In this document: piece after piece, positions 15,068 through 29,000 of the stretch
Layout of the letters: each line of letters starts with the position of its first letter
Position numbering within the stretch: the first letter of the stretch is position 1
Assembly: GCA_964035545.1 (NCBI GenBank)
Contig: OZ037765.1
Location: 16,120,995 to 16,184,994 of the forward strand
Reading direction: 5' to 3'
From: Bugula neritina
Lineage: Eukaryota > Animalia > Bryozoa
DNA: 64,000 nt
Translations under genes and position numbers: made by a program
Notes under the pieces: generated by a model
Database searches by the model: none
What the model was told of the DNA's origin: nothing
The model's input: the letters and a program-made list of their open reading frames with translations, nothing else

Positions 15068-15563
15068 CAGGGTTGGAGTAATTGTAATTGGTTGTAATTA
15101 ATTACATTTTTTCAAGTAATTCAATGTAATTTGTAATTGATGTATAAAAATTTAATTGTAATTAATTACATATCTAATGACAGTAATGTAATTGATTTTT
15201 ATGATTTCTTTATAATTACATGTCAATTAGTATCACCTACTTCAAACTTTAAATCTTGAAAATTTAAGCTTTTCCTACCATGCCTACTGTTAAATAACAA
15301 GTTTAGATTTAGTCAATGTAGTATAGTATCACAGTTGAGAACAAAGGAGGTTCACCACTGTCAAAATTACCCCTGGTAGTTGGATCTTAAAAGTGAGATT
15401 TCTCAACTTCTATTTATCCCTTTTGAGAACAAAAATAATTGTAATTAGTTACACTGTCATGTAATTGTAATTAATTAGATTACTTTTTAACTGTAATTGT
15501 AATTGACAAATTTTCATGTAAATTGTACTTAATTACATTCACATGTAATTGATCCCAACCCTG
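15068..15563. mobile_element. hAT-family MITE
   Basis: Perfect 8-bp TSD CTGAGCAT (15060-15067 and 15564-15571); TIR CAGGGTTGG...CCAACCCTG; many subterminal GTAATT/AATTAC motifs. Confidence 0.92.
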
Positions 15564-15578
15564 CTGAGCATTCGTTAG

Positions 15579-16015
15579 GGTTTCATCCCAGTTAGAAGCT
15601 AGGCCAAATTTCCCATTTGAATGCTTCCCACTTAGACGCTAATCTTATTTTGGTATCCTAATAATGTATATACCTATGTAACTGTTGTATTCATTGCTAA
15701 ATAGCTAAAGTATCTGGAATAATAGTCCACTTTTCACAGATTTATGCGGGGCAAAAAACAGTAATTTACATTAATAATAGACATCATTTTTAATGAATAC
15801 TTATTAACCAAATATTTTTTCACACAACAAGAAGTATAGAATATGCAAAATTAATCAGTTAATGCAGATCACAGGAATTTATTTATTTGCTAAATAACAA
15901 ACAATTGATCCAAGTTTATTTAAGTGTCCGTATATTTCAGTAATATTGAAATAAACTGCATGTGAAATATATGTTGTACTAAGATAAATAAATAGCGTCT
16001 AACTGGGATGACACC
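15579..16015. mobile_element. MITE with GG-terminal TIRs and 8-bp TSD (Merlin- or MULE-like), copy 1
   Basis: TIR GGTTTCATCCCAGTTAGA...TCTAACTGGGATGACACC; TSD TTCGTTAG/TTCGTTAT; interior similar, in inverted orientation, to 34288-34788. Confidence 0.8.
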
Positions 16016-19000
16016 TTCGTTATATTCTGTTCATATTGTCAATATCAATAGGAATTAAATATAAAATTAAATAGCTGCCTTTGGTGTTGCCTCTTGGTTT
16101 CATCACCTGGGCCTAGTGAGTATTTCACTATAACTACTCCTAGTTCTAGTTGGTTTGATTACATTTCCGAAATACCACTGATTGTCACCAGTGATACTCA
16201 TAGTCATACTGATACTGAATATAAATTAAAGTTCTATTTGACCATGCCATTATGATTATCATTTATTTAGTATAAAGTTTAGCCTAGTTAGTAATTAAAA
16301 TATCAAGTTCAATATATTTACAAATTGCTGACAATTTTTAATTCTAATACTGTAAGATTATGTGAAATGATTACTGATTATCCTTATGTAGATAATAATG
16401 ATTGCTGTTAAAGTGTTGATATGTATGTGTAGATTGGTTTTAAAGCTCTATAAATATACAAGGTTTCAACTACGTTTGTTAGTATGGATGCTGCGCTTCT
16501 GCTGCTTTATTGTAAGTAAAAAGCAAAGTATACCGATTTTCGAAAAGCATAAGATAGCCTGCTGAATTAGCTTGCTGGCAGAGTTTACTGATATCATACA
16601 CCAACATTATAATAATGATAATATTTTTTGTAATGATTCTTTTCAATAGCTACGCCAAAATGTCTTTACCAACCATCATCACCATCACCATGCTTTAAGC
16701 TGGCAAAAGTTCAATATAGATAATTTAAAAGTTTGGGGTACCAAAAGTAATGTTTCTTATAAATAATGACTGGTAGTAGTATTATTATATAGCACACCAT
16801 TTTGAAATTAGTTGAGACTATTTTTTCAATGTTATTTTTAATTTAAAACCTACTCCAGCCAATAACACTGGGGCAAAATTTGATAGTTTAGTGCACTTCT
16901 AGAGACTAAGTATGTGTTATAAGAAGTTATGTAATTGATAATATTTATTGCAACTAGTTGTGAATGACAAAAAATTTATCAATCCTGCAATTGCCGTTTA
17001 TATTTATTGCATTACAAGGAAGTTATATGAGTACAAGTGAATATACTTGTTGAATAGTAATTAGTATTTTTTAATGAAATAATTATGCTAAACTTAGGAA
17101 CAAAATTTGAAAATTTGGTTTGTGCATTTGAACCTCAATTAATTATGATTACAGTTTAATTTAATGACTCAAATGTAATATCTAGCAGGTATGTTTTAGA
17201 GTTAGCTTCTTCATTCTAAAATGTGTAGATCTACACCACACAAATAGCGTCAGTTCAAGTTTTGTTCAAACTGGTAAATGCTATTTAAAATTTGTATAAA
17301 ATGTTTGCTTCTATTGCTTATTGGTAATTAGTAGGCATCATAGAATGTAATGTTGAACATTATAAACACATAATTTACCCTCTTGACTCTGTTTACACTA
17401 ATATTTACATTTTTGACATTTACTGTAGAAAGTGTAAAATAAAATGTATTAATTTAATATAATATTTGATGGGCAATCAAAGCTTATTAATAGGCCCAGC
17501 ATTATATACACTGGGTAGCTGCAAGAGATATATAGTCATACTTTATACGCTTGCTCTAACTTTTGTATTGTCAATCCTGACAGAAGCTTGCCTCCCTCCT
17601 CCTGTAACAACATCATAACCAATAATGGTATAATTTAATATGCAATGATTTTCAAAAATGTTTGAGCTAAGCTATTGGGCTTTGAAAGCCAAGTAAATAA
17701 TGCTTCATAACGATGGGTATATCTGGTTATGTTTATACCTAACTATTACCTTCCCAAATGTGCATTCTGTAAGTTTAGAGAAATTCAGTTTCAAGTAAAC
17801 CTTTTTTAAGCTTCTCGATCTTACTTTTGTAGGGTGGCTGATGCTGGTTCAGATACATACTCTTTTTGGTTTTTCTTGAGAGCATTCTCTATCCACCTTG
17901 CTTTGCCATATCTTTCTGTCAATTTCTTTTTCTTGGTAGAGTCATTTTTAAAAACATATCGTTAAAAGTTGTTAGTGTCTGTAGTTCTTCTCGCACACAT
18001 TAGCATATCCTATTCTTATGGTCTAAATAATAAATGGTTATAAATAGTTATAATAGATGTGACACTGTGATGCAAGCTGATGGTTTATAAATGTTATTTC
18101 AAAATGTACTTTTAGTAATTTAGAGCATTCCTGCTTTATTTTTAAGTTTTTTCAACTTTCTTCTTTGCATAAAAACTGCATCGCAGTTTAGGTGTTTTTA
18201 TGGCGGGTTTAACAAGTGTTAAGCTGTATATGTTACTCAGCTAATTTCCCAGTCATATTTTTGTCGGCTTTTCTAAATCGATTGTGAAGTTGAAGCTTTA
18301 TAAGACTTTGAATGTGTGTTTTGATGTGTGTTCAGATACTAAAGTTAATACCCGCAAAATACTGTGCACCTATTTCTAGCACCTTTCCTCCCCACCAAAC
18401 TATTACCAAACTAATTATTGTTTTTTATCTAATTGATCACTATTTAATAGTTTGTAATATCCATTGTTTGTTACTACATGACTAAAATTCTTACTTGTAA
18501 GTTAGTGAATAATCGATGCCGTTTCTTATTGCCACTTGCCATCTGATAATTCTTATTCTATAAAATTGTCCAATTTTGTCATTGTTGCTTTCAACAACAA
18601 TAATAGAACTTTATAATATTATGGATTGCCACTCCTTCCTATATTTATATCCTCACATTTTCTCCCAATTTTCAAAAGTTGACTCAAATATTGTTTCAGC
18701 TTGTTTTTTGGAAAAGCAAATAAGGTGAATATTTTATGGGAGGAAAGAGTAGTGTAGAAGGTTGTCATTATGCATTATGTTCGCAGCTCAATCAGTGAAA
18801 AATATTCTAATTCCATGGGTCTATAGCTTCAGCATAAAAGTGTTGTGCTTCAGTGGCTAGACTTATGGACTATGTATGCCATTGTTGAATTACATTATAA
18901 CTCTAATTTTGTCAGTGTTGTCATTTTAAGAGTAGTGTACATGCGCCTGCGCGTCAACAATAACCTAGCAGCCCATTTATATTACCTATGTGGAAATTTA

Positions 19001-19383
19001 TAGCTATGTTGATGTGTAGTTCATATTACAGGCTAATGATAAGGATTAAAGCGTGTTTATCCCCCAACCCCCCCCCTTCTTCTATCTTTTTTTGCAATAT
19101 AGGAACCATTTAGCAAGGGATTAATACCATAGCATTGTTGAATATTTTGCTTAGTGGTACTGCAGGGCAAGTAAGCCTATCGATGGATCTTTAAAGTATT
19201 AGTAACTGCCTAGTCAGTGGTCTTGCTACCAATAACTAGTTTTAAATCATTTCATCTCCTTAGAAGTGTATTTTTGCTAAAGAGGCTAACTCTGTATTAT
19301 TGAGTAGTGAGTTTTAGCTGCTGCTGCTGTTGAAGATCAAAATAACGGTGTAGGCTATATGCTAACTGTGAAATTATATGTGT

Positions 19384-19386
19384 ATA

Positions 19387-19421
<35 letters not shown>
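19384..19421. repeat. (TA)n microsatellite
   Basis: Direct reading; one interruption. Confidence 0.9.
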
Positions 19422-20109
19422 TTGGTTGTTTGTTAGATGCGTGGCTATACACTTCCTCGGTTACCTGCCAGATATGTTCATGTTTTTAGCTAGTATAAAA
19501 TTCATATGTAGAATAGTTTTTAAAGAAGGAGAAATGTTCCGATAACTTGAGATATTGGCTTTATTTGTGGTAAACTATTTGCTACATCCATGAGTTAGAT
19601 GATCAGCAATATCTACTGAAAGCTGGAACATTTTGAGGACCTACATTATTATTCATTTAAATTGTAAAACAATCTACACAGTTGCTGATTATTAATTTTG
19701 ATAACTGGGTTTTGGAAGAAATAGATATGTTGATAAAAGTAAAATATATGCATTGATTTCAATCTAACTTCGTTTTGACATTTGGTACCCTGTGTAGAAA
19801 GTAGCACTTTATACTAAAGCACACCAAGCACAGTCTGCTGGTATTAGCTAAAACATGTAATTATTATTATTTTAATGCAATATTGACAAGATATTAATTT
19901 TAAGAATTAAATACCATTTTACTCTGTTTTAAGAGTGATAATATAATTAAAGTTTGATTAATGGCCTATTATAACATCAATTGTTACATGACTTTTGTGG
20001 CCTGCAAGGGATTTATTACTTTAAGGATTGTTCTCACTTCTTCAGTTAGCTCTAACCAGTATTGTTTTCTTCGCAGCTATAAATCATTTTGGTATACTCA
20101 AAGACGGAT

Positions 20110-20793
20110 ATGCCGCCTCAACAACACTTGGTTGCTAAAATTGGCCCCTCTATCCTCAATTCTGATTTATCGAGACTCGCTGATGAATGTGACAGAATGG
20201 TGCAATCTGGTGCTGACTATTTACATCTAGATGTCATGGATGGAAATTTTGTGCCCAATCTTACATTTGGCCATCCAGTTGTAGCCACATTAAAACCCAA
20301 ATTTAAGGAGGTATTCTTTGATATGCATATGATGGTCGCAGAGCCCTTAAAGTGGGTGGAAAGTATGGCTGAAACTGGAGCTGAACAATACACATTCCAT
20401 TTAGAAGCTGCTGGTGGCCATACTGCTTCAGATATAATACGGAAAATAAAAGAAACTGGGATGAAGGCCGGAATTGCTATCAAGCCCAACACTCCAGTTG
20501 AAGCTCTATTACCATATTTAAGTGAAGTAGATATGGTGTTGATAATGACGGTTGAGCCTGGATTTGGTGGTCAAAAGTTTATGCCTGACATGATGCCAAA
20601 AATAAAAAAAGTTCGAGAAATGTTTGCTAATTTGGATATAGGAGTTGATGGAGGGGTTTCGGAAGCAAATATTGGTGAATGTGCGGAGGCTGGTGCTAAC
20701 ATGATAGTGTCTGGGAGTGCTATTGTGAAAAGTCAGGACCCTGCATCTGTTATAGCAAGTTTAAAGAAATCTGTTGAGAATGCTCTTGCATAA
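20110..20793 (+). CDS. RPE: Ribulose-phosphate 3-epimerase (intronless CDS)
   Basis: Motifs IGPSILNSD, YLHLDVMDGNFVPNLTFG, FDMHMMV, TFHLE, MTVEPGFGGQKF, VDGG and AGANMIVSGSAI; metal ligands intact. First ATG at 20110; a 5'UTR acceptor (TTCTTCGCAG) ends at 20077. Confidence 0.97.
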   Translation: MPPQQHLVAKIGPSILNSDLSRLADECDRMVQSGADYLHLDVMDGNFVPNLTFGHPVVATLKPKFKEVFFDMHMMVAEPLKWVESMAETGAEQYTFHLEAAGGHTASDIIRKIKETGMKAGIAIKPNTPVEALLPYLSEVDMVLIMTVEPGFGGQKFMPDMMPKIKKVREMFANLDIGVDGGVSEANIGECAEAGANMIVSGSAIVKSQDPASVIASLKKSVENALA

Positions 20794-23068
20794 TTATATG
20801 ACTAGAAAATTTTGTATTTAGCCCTGGCTAATAGATTTTAAACATTGCTCTTTATGCACACTTTGGGACACATTATGCTTTGTTTATGTTAAAAGAATAC
20901 AGTTTAAATTAGCTTGATATTTCATTAAATTTTGGTAAATTTGGCTCATAAAATGGTATTATTTTCCCTTAGATTGTGGTATAGCAGCAAGGAATCATTT
21001 GTCGACCTATAAGCAGTACATGGTACAAATCTCTATCAACCATTTTCCAACATTTATCAAGCAGTACATTAGACTAAATATTGAAAATGCATTAACTTAA
21101 TATAATAAAAGGTTGGTAGTTGTTTTTACTAATTACTATGTGAAATAAAATACATTGGTGGTATGGTTTAGTATGATTTTATGGTAATATTCTTATCTAA
21201 AGATGATAAAAATGAGTGTTATCAGAGCATGGCATAATAGCTGGTTAGTACTTATCTCTGAAGATACATTGTAACTTGTATTTCATCACTGATTCATCAC
21301 GTGCTACTAAGTTTCTACAGTTGACTTACAGCTTCATTTTGAACGAATTGTAGGATTTGGTGCTAGTTTTGGGTTATTCTTTGTGCAAGCACACTGAAGG
21401 TAAAGTTTTGATGTAAATTTATGAAGTTCATTTGACTTGTTTAACTTCTGAGGTGACATAGTAGGAGTGTTGATTTAACAGCTGCATAGCTAATGCATTT
21501 TTGTGAATCATAATAATTTATATATGATTTTGGGGGCTTTTCAAAACATTGTTTGATGTTCTAACTGTTCACTACTAAAAAGACTCATATTTCATTGCAA
21601 CAGAGGTACGGATATGAGCACCAGCCGTGTTGGGTATAAGAGCAGTTGCACATTTCACTGGATTAATTTAGACGGCCAACTGTAACTAATAACATCTGAG
21701 TCATAGCTTATCATTTATGGTCATTTAAAGTTGCATTAACTAGTTTTATGTAAACAGAAATTACATACAAAATATTTACTATAGTAATTCTCTAGAATCC
21801 ATTAAGCTGATATTATGATGAATCACTTCCAAGCTACTTGGTAGAAAAAAAGCATAATGTTGGCTTACCAGTAATTTTTTTACGAGTTTAAAACTTACTG
21901 AAAATATTAGTAGATGCAGCATGCTTCATAAACCATTAAAAACAGTGAATTAGTGGTTGTTGACTTCCTGCTTTTACAATCACTTTATCCACCTTAGCAT
22001 TTCTTCTTTGCCATATTTCAACTTTCATTAGGTGAGTCATGCTGTAGAGTTATCTTCCTTGAAATATTTTCTCGATTTCTATTCCAAAATTCTATTTGAA
22101 ATGTTATCAGGTCAATAACTACTCAAGTACAGCTGCCAGTATTTTTATAATTGCAAGGTGGGATTTAGTTCAATAATATATATGCATGTATATATATACC
22201 AATCTGTGTACAGCAGCTGTTTTGGGATTTATGTATATAAAGTAGCTAAAACTGTTAAAGTTGTCTGCTTTTGAAATGAAACTAATTTTCTTACAAATGT
22301 ATATGGTAGACTCAAAATTAGTAGCTCAAACTAGATGAAATCTGCATCTATGCTCTGTAAAGCTGGTAGCAACTGCCAAAGTTAGCTTTTATTAGAAATG
22401 TGTTAACAGTAGAGGCCAATGAAAATTGAGAAAAACTTTGGTATACTAGATACGAAAAATGAAGTTTAATTACCAAATTAAAGAATTCAGGTTATAAAAA
22501 TTTCTGCATTACAACAGTTTTTCTTAGTGGAAATGTACTAATTTAAAAACAGTTTCTATTTAGCTTTGATGAAAAATATTGTCCAGTCCGTAAGTTTTAT
22601 TACATCATTAGTCAAACTGCCAGTATAAATCTTTATGCAAGCTAATGGAGGCATTACCATCCCTTCACATATTATCATTTATTTTATTTATCATCATACA
22701 TACTGCTCAGATAATATTTACTCTTGGTGTGATATGTTCCAATATATGAGACAGTTTCAGCTGATGAAATATATAAATAATAACAACAGTTGTTTACTCT
22801 GATTATATGTGTATTATAATATATTTTAATATCCTGGCTGTAAAAACAGGTTTTCTGGCATATTTTCATGTCGGCTGAGAGCCTAAGCAAGGCTCTTGTC
22901 TCATTTATTTTATTTTTCATTACAAATGGTAAGTATGATTTATTATCCAATTATGACAGCTCAACGTAATTGGTTGGTAAATAATATATCTCATGTTGCA
23001 GTTAGTTCTACTTTGCTTCATGCTCATTGGCTGATAGCAGGGAGCAGTTTGGTACAGCCAAGGTAAAC

Positions 23069-26000
23069 ATGAAGGGTATAAAACAGGAGGATTATGATGA
23101 CAGAAGTAGACTGCTCAGTAGCAACCAACCAAGCACTAGCTACCAGGCTATACAGAGGAGACTCAGCTCAGCTGACTATTCAGATTTGTCTAGTTCTACA
23201 CTTACCAGAACAGAGAATATGCGCTGCAACAACGAGAGTACAGGTAATAATTTCACACTTTCATGTTAAAAATATTATTCATTTAGGAAAATATAATTTA
23301 TTTAAGATTTTTTTAACAGAGTTTGCTTTAATTTGTATGTTGCTGTTTCATGCTAAGTATTGAAAGTTAAAGGTAACTAATAATCGTGTAAATTGAAATC
23401 CATCAGCTTGTAGATTAGACATAGTTGTAGTAATCAGTCATTTAGCACAATGGAAGTTTCAAGACAAATGTTTCAACTGCGGTTTTATCTAATAGAATAT
23501 TAATTAAAGTGATTCAGTCTAAATAGATACCATAATTTATAATATTCTTCCATTGTATGGTAATGGAAGTAGCCAATAGTTTTTATACTCATGGCTGTTA
23601 TCTACTCAATCCTTGGTACAACATTTTCAGTAGAACCAAATTTAAAAATAAAATAAAAGAAAAATGTTTAATACAAATTAATTTAGTAATGGCTGAAATT
23701 ATTTTTAGTTACTGGCCAGAGTAATTTATTTCAGTTATTTGCTGCTATGTCATGAAAATTAGGTAAGCTTGATTTTAAGTAAGGTCGATGAATTTTTCTT
23801 TTGAAATGAAAAATACTGGTGAAAAATAAACTGAAGCCTACTGAAGCAATCCTGCTTCTTCAGTCCACTAGTTACCTTCTCAGTCTTTGATGTTTCTTGG
23901 TATATTATATTTCTAAGTTTCCAATTCTATTATATTAATTATGCAGTGGGATTTAGCTGATTAATGATATCCATACAGGGCTTCTTAGATAAAATAATTG
24001 GTACATTAAATGCAATTAATTTTTGCTCTCACTGACTTAATTTGAAGAATAGTCATATTTTGACCAAATTGATTTATGCACGTTTGATTATAGCAGCTGT
24101 CACCTGAAAGAAGGCCCCTTCTTTATACTTTTCATTTTCCCACACTCTCTGTAATGCAACACTATTTCTTGACTACTTTGTCACTTTATGGTCTGCCTCA
24201 GTCATGTATGATATTTCAGAAAAGTGCATGGCATCCTGCAAAGATCAGTTATGCGGACCTGCGAACCCTGTTACTCGTTATTGTCAAAATTTCTTTACTC
24301 TAGACAATGCTAAAAGGAAATTTCCTTTTGTTAAATGGGCTCCCCAATACAGGTAAGTCTCTAGCTCTACAAAAAGCTGGATGAGTACTTACTACATACA
24401 TTTGCAACAACACTTAGACTTAATTAAACGCAGCTGAGAAGTTGGCAATGGATAAAAAATGTATATTTGTACTAATAATTTATTGCTTTGTCTAATTCCA
24501 TGTTGAAGTTTTTGACATTTCTAAAATCTTGCAATGTTGTTGACAGGTTGAAGCATTTTGTTGGCGATTTAGTTGCTGGTTTAACTGTTGGACTGACTGT
24601 TATACCGCAAGGAATGGCTTATGCTCAGATAGCTGAACTGCCTGCTCAGGTGATTGCAGCTACATAATTTATGCTATTCACCTCACATGCTCCATAGAAC
24701 TGTGCCTGCTGGGAGAGGGCATATCCAGTTGCAGTCTTTACAGACATTCCTAATTTCCCAACAAATCATTGGTGATGTATTTAAAACAATTGAATCTGAA
24801 AGAACCTCTGGATTAAAGTATTTAGTAGAAAGTATAGGTATTACCCATAATACGCTGCAGCTCAAGTTACATAATCTCTCTCATTTACATTAGACAATAA
24901 TGCTGAGTAATTCCCAATCTATTGGTAATAATTCAGACTATATTTTTGAGTAAATATTGCATTATACTTAAACAAGTGTATTATGCATTAGATAAACTTA
25001 CCAGCATCCTTACGTCAACTTAGAATCCGCTTGTGTGTCTCACTGTTAGAATTAGGCACGTTACTCCATAAGTCACTAGTTGCTTTATTAGTATTCCCTA
25101 GACTTTGGTGAATCTATTTTATTGACCAGATTAGATTTATATAGATATTTCACCAAAACTTTAAATTTGCTTTGAAATGTTGCTAAAACAGTGTTTTAAA
25201 CATTTATACTAGGAAGTGACTTAATGTCATCGTCAGAATATGACTATGGCAGCAGAGGTTTGGGCTAAACTACGGTGTGCAAAATAAACTCTATTAGCAG
25301 CACTTCTTAGCTGTCTTATAAGTAAATTATCATCTGCAATGCCCCTAGTTGCATCATTCATATGTATATTTGTAGTATGGCCTATACTCTGCATTTGTTG
25401 GTGGTTTCATATACTGCCTGTTTGGCACATCTAAAGACATCACTATGGGACCCACGGCTATCATGTCTCTTTTGGTTGCTGAATTTGCTTCTGAGAAAGC
25501 TCCAACTCACGAAGATGCTCCCACGTACGCTATAGCTCTCACTTTGATTTGTGGACTGCTGCAAATGGCTATGGGATTACTAAATCTTGGTAATTCATTT
25601 TAATAATTTTGTGTTTAATCTAACTGATCTGGGATATATCTTAGTTTATCACTGATATTATAATAATATTACTAGGATAATAGGATTAGCATTTCCTGTC
25701 TTAGTTTGCAACATAAACTAAAGCATAGGAACTAGAAATAATAAACACTCTTAATCTGTGTCTACATCAATTTAAAAGATTCGCTTAAAGTTACTTGTTC
25801 AAGCTGCCAGATGCTATTCAGCATGCTTATTTTTCCACTCATAAGTCATTTGTGCAATTAGTACCAACTTACCCCTCCCTTTTTAGACATATTCATACAT
25901 CTCTTCAACTATTGGGATAATTAAATTCTTCATCAGACATCCTGTAAAAGAATTTTTTATAAATTGTAATGCAGCTCCCAAGAGCGGAACTCTTGCTACA

Positions 26001-29000
26001 TGTTGTTTATGTCCATGCAGATAAAACAACTTTGCTCTTGCCTATTTATAGAATTATCAAACTAACTTCGTTTTAATCTGATGGTTTGTGTTTGTTTCAG
26101 GGTTTGTAGTGCAATTTATCTCCTTTCCAGTGATCAGTGGTTTTACTTCTTCAGCTGCTATTTTGATAGCGTTCAGTCAAGTAAAGGTGAGGCTTAGTAT
26201 GTTTTCTTCAGCTTTGTGCAGTAGATATTCCACTTGGTACAGCAAATACCAACAACTAATTAATTAATTCATGTTAATACAGGCTTTACAATGTCTTGTA
26301 CAGGGAAACATAAGCTAATGACAATCTAATGACTGAGCATATGTTATTTATAGTAAACAATTTCAGTAGCATCTTTTAATTGTTTAAGCAGTATTATGTG
26401 ATACATTCATTGTAGAAATGGCTAGGACTAAACGGTGTTCCTAGAGCTTTTATTCCTCAAGTGAAAGCAACCTTCACAAAGATTCCAGAAACAAAGTATG
26501 TTCAGATAAATCATTTGTAGTCATTACTCTGAACATAAAACGTTCGTATTCACTATATTCAAGTGGTGATGCTAATTACAAAATTGTATGTTATGTTCAT
26601 TCAGCTTGTGGGACATGACTATGGGCTTGGTGTGCATAGTTATTCTTATCTGTATGAAGAAACTTAAAGAGTATGTTGATCCTAAACTCAAGATGGAGCT
26701 TCCAAAGTTTAAGAAGATTGTTTATAAGTTTGCTTGGCTTCTTTGTACAGGTTGGTCAAGTCTCATCACTGTTATGTTATTAGAAAATCGTTCTATAATT
26801 CTATCTTATTAGTAATTTAATATTTTTACAACTGCTCATTTACTTCTTTATGTTTCAGCTCGAAATGCAGTAGTAGTGATTGTGTGTGCGGGATTTGCAT
26901 CAATACTTGTTGACATCTATGGATTTAAAGTTGGTGGAAACTCTTTTCTCACTCTCACGGGAAATGTAAAAAGTGGAATACCCTCTCCCTCACCACCAAC
27001 ATTCTACATTCATCATTTTAACAATGACACACAAACCTCCATTACCAAAGGGCCAGGAGACATATTCTCTGTAAGTTTAGAGGCTGTTTGATTGTTCTGG
27101 CAAGAAACGTTCATGATGGTATTTATGTTTTTATTAATGAGGGAGGTTGAAATTTGTTTGATTTTATAGGATATTGGTGAAGGATTTGTTGTGGTAACCC
27201 TCATTGGCCTGTTGGAAAGCATTGCCATTGCAAAGACTTTTGCCAGGCGAAATGAGTACAAGATAGATGCTAACCAAGAACTCATAGCTATGGGTATTAG
27301 CAACAGCATCAGCTCCTTCTTCCATTCCTATCCAATTACAGGCAGCTTTTCTAGGTTAGCTCGCTATATAAAATGTTGTAAATAGTTTGTCTGACAAGAA
27401 TTTATTGATCTGCTATAACTATTTTGAGGGTTGAAATGTTATGTTTACAATTTTAGAACTGCCATAAACTCGCAGAGTGGTGCAAGAACACCAGCCAATG
27501 GTATATGGACTGGACTTACCGTCCTGTTGGCCATTGCTGTGCTTACTCCATATTTCTTTTATATTCCACAAGCAACATTGGCAGCAGTGATCATATGTGC
27601 TGTGGTACCTATGGTTGAATATGAGGTCATCCCCAAGCTATTTAAAGTTAAAAGTGAGTATCATGATTAGTATACTCTCATCTCCTAGTTTTTTTTTTCA
27701 AATGTGTGACTTCCTATTTTTCATAACACATGATAAATTGAATAATAATGTTGTAGTTTAGTTATATATAGAGTTTTTTTTGTTAGTCTAAGAATTGCAT
27801 TATATATTTGTTTAATAATTTCGATAAGATGAATTTATGTTGATTTAAATTTGTTGCAACTTTGTTAGAATGATGATAGTTTTTAGTGCATTATTTTAAT
27901 TATTCAATTTACAGAAGCTGATCTGCTGCCGCTCTTCATTACCTTTATTGTGTGCTTGCTGGTCAATATTGAGGTGAGAAGTGCTTATATTTTATCAAAT
28001 ACAATTTAGAGTTGAAGTTTGCAAGTTGTTTTTTGCTATGAAAAGGCTCTATCAAAGATGTCAAATATAGGTATATTTATTGTATTTATTTGAAATACAC
28101 AGTTATAAAAGCGCTCAAAAGCTAGAATATGAAGCCTATACTAATGCCCTTTCATAATGTTATTGAGCTCATAACCTTATAAGCATTTAAATTTTCAATC
28201 TACATATGCAGCTGTTGATTTTAAACATTTTTTGTATTATCTGTAGACACGGATCTGCTAAAGCTTCAATTTTAACTTCTGTGGCCAATTTTCTCAAATA
28301 CCTGATTTTTTAATTTGTAGTTTGGAATTATTTCTGGAGTTGGTTTTTCTCTGTTGATGCTCGTTTATCCCATGTCCAGACCAGGACTTACAATCAGGCA
28401 TGAGAAATCGTTGGATGTGGAAGCATTGCCAAATGATGAAACTATCAATGTATGTAAATAAATGTAGCTGACTTGCAACAGGTGCCATATTTAAATGTTG
28501 AATGTCTCTGAGTAAAAAATTATAATTTTGTCTAATTTTTTCACATAGTTAGTTTGTATGAGTTGCCAATTTTTAGAAGAATATTGACTTTTTAATTTGA
28601 TATACTTGTACAGAGTCCCAGAGAAGTAGTGATCATTTTTTTTCACAGAGTTTGAGTTTGTATGAGTTGCCAATTTTCAGAAGAATATTGACTTTTTAAT
28701 TTGATATATTTGTACAGAGTCCCAGAGAAGTAGTGATCATTTTTTTTCACAGAGTTTGAGTTTGTATGAGTTGCCAATTTTCAGAAGAATATTGACTTTT
28801 TAATTTGATATATTTGTACAGAGTCCCAGAGAAGTAGTGATCATTGAACCTAACCAAGGACTCAAGTTCCCTGGTATTGAGTACATAAAAGACAAAGTCA
28901 TGAAGCACGGCGTGTATGAGGAACCTGCAAAGGCTATTATTCTTAATGCTCAGCATTTTGCAGGATGTGATTACACAACAGTGCAAGGCATAACCCAAGT

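Noticed and set aside
20089-20109. N-terminal extension of RPE from a TTG start
   Set aside because: Artefact of alternative start codons in the ORF track; the first ATG is at 20110.
28536-28844. CRISPR-like array
   Set aside because: Whole units are duplicated with no unique spacers; eukaryotic intron context and no cas genes.
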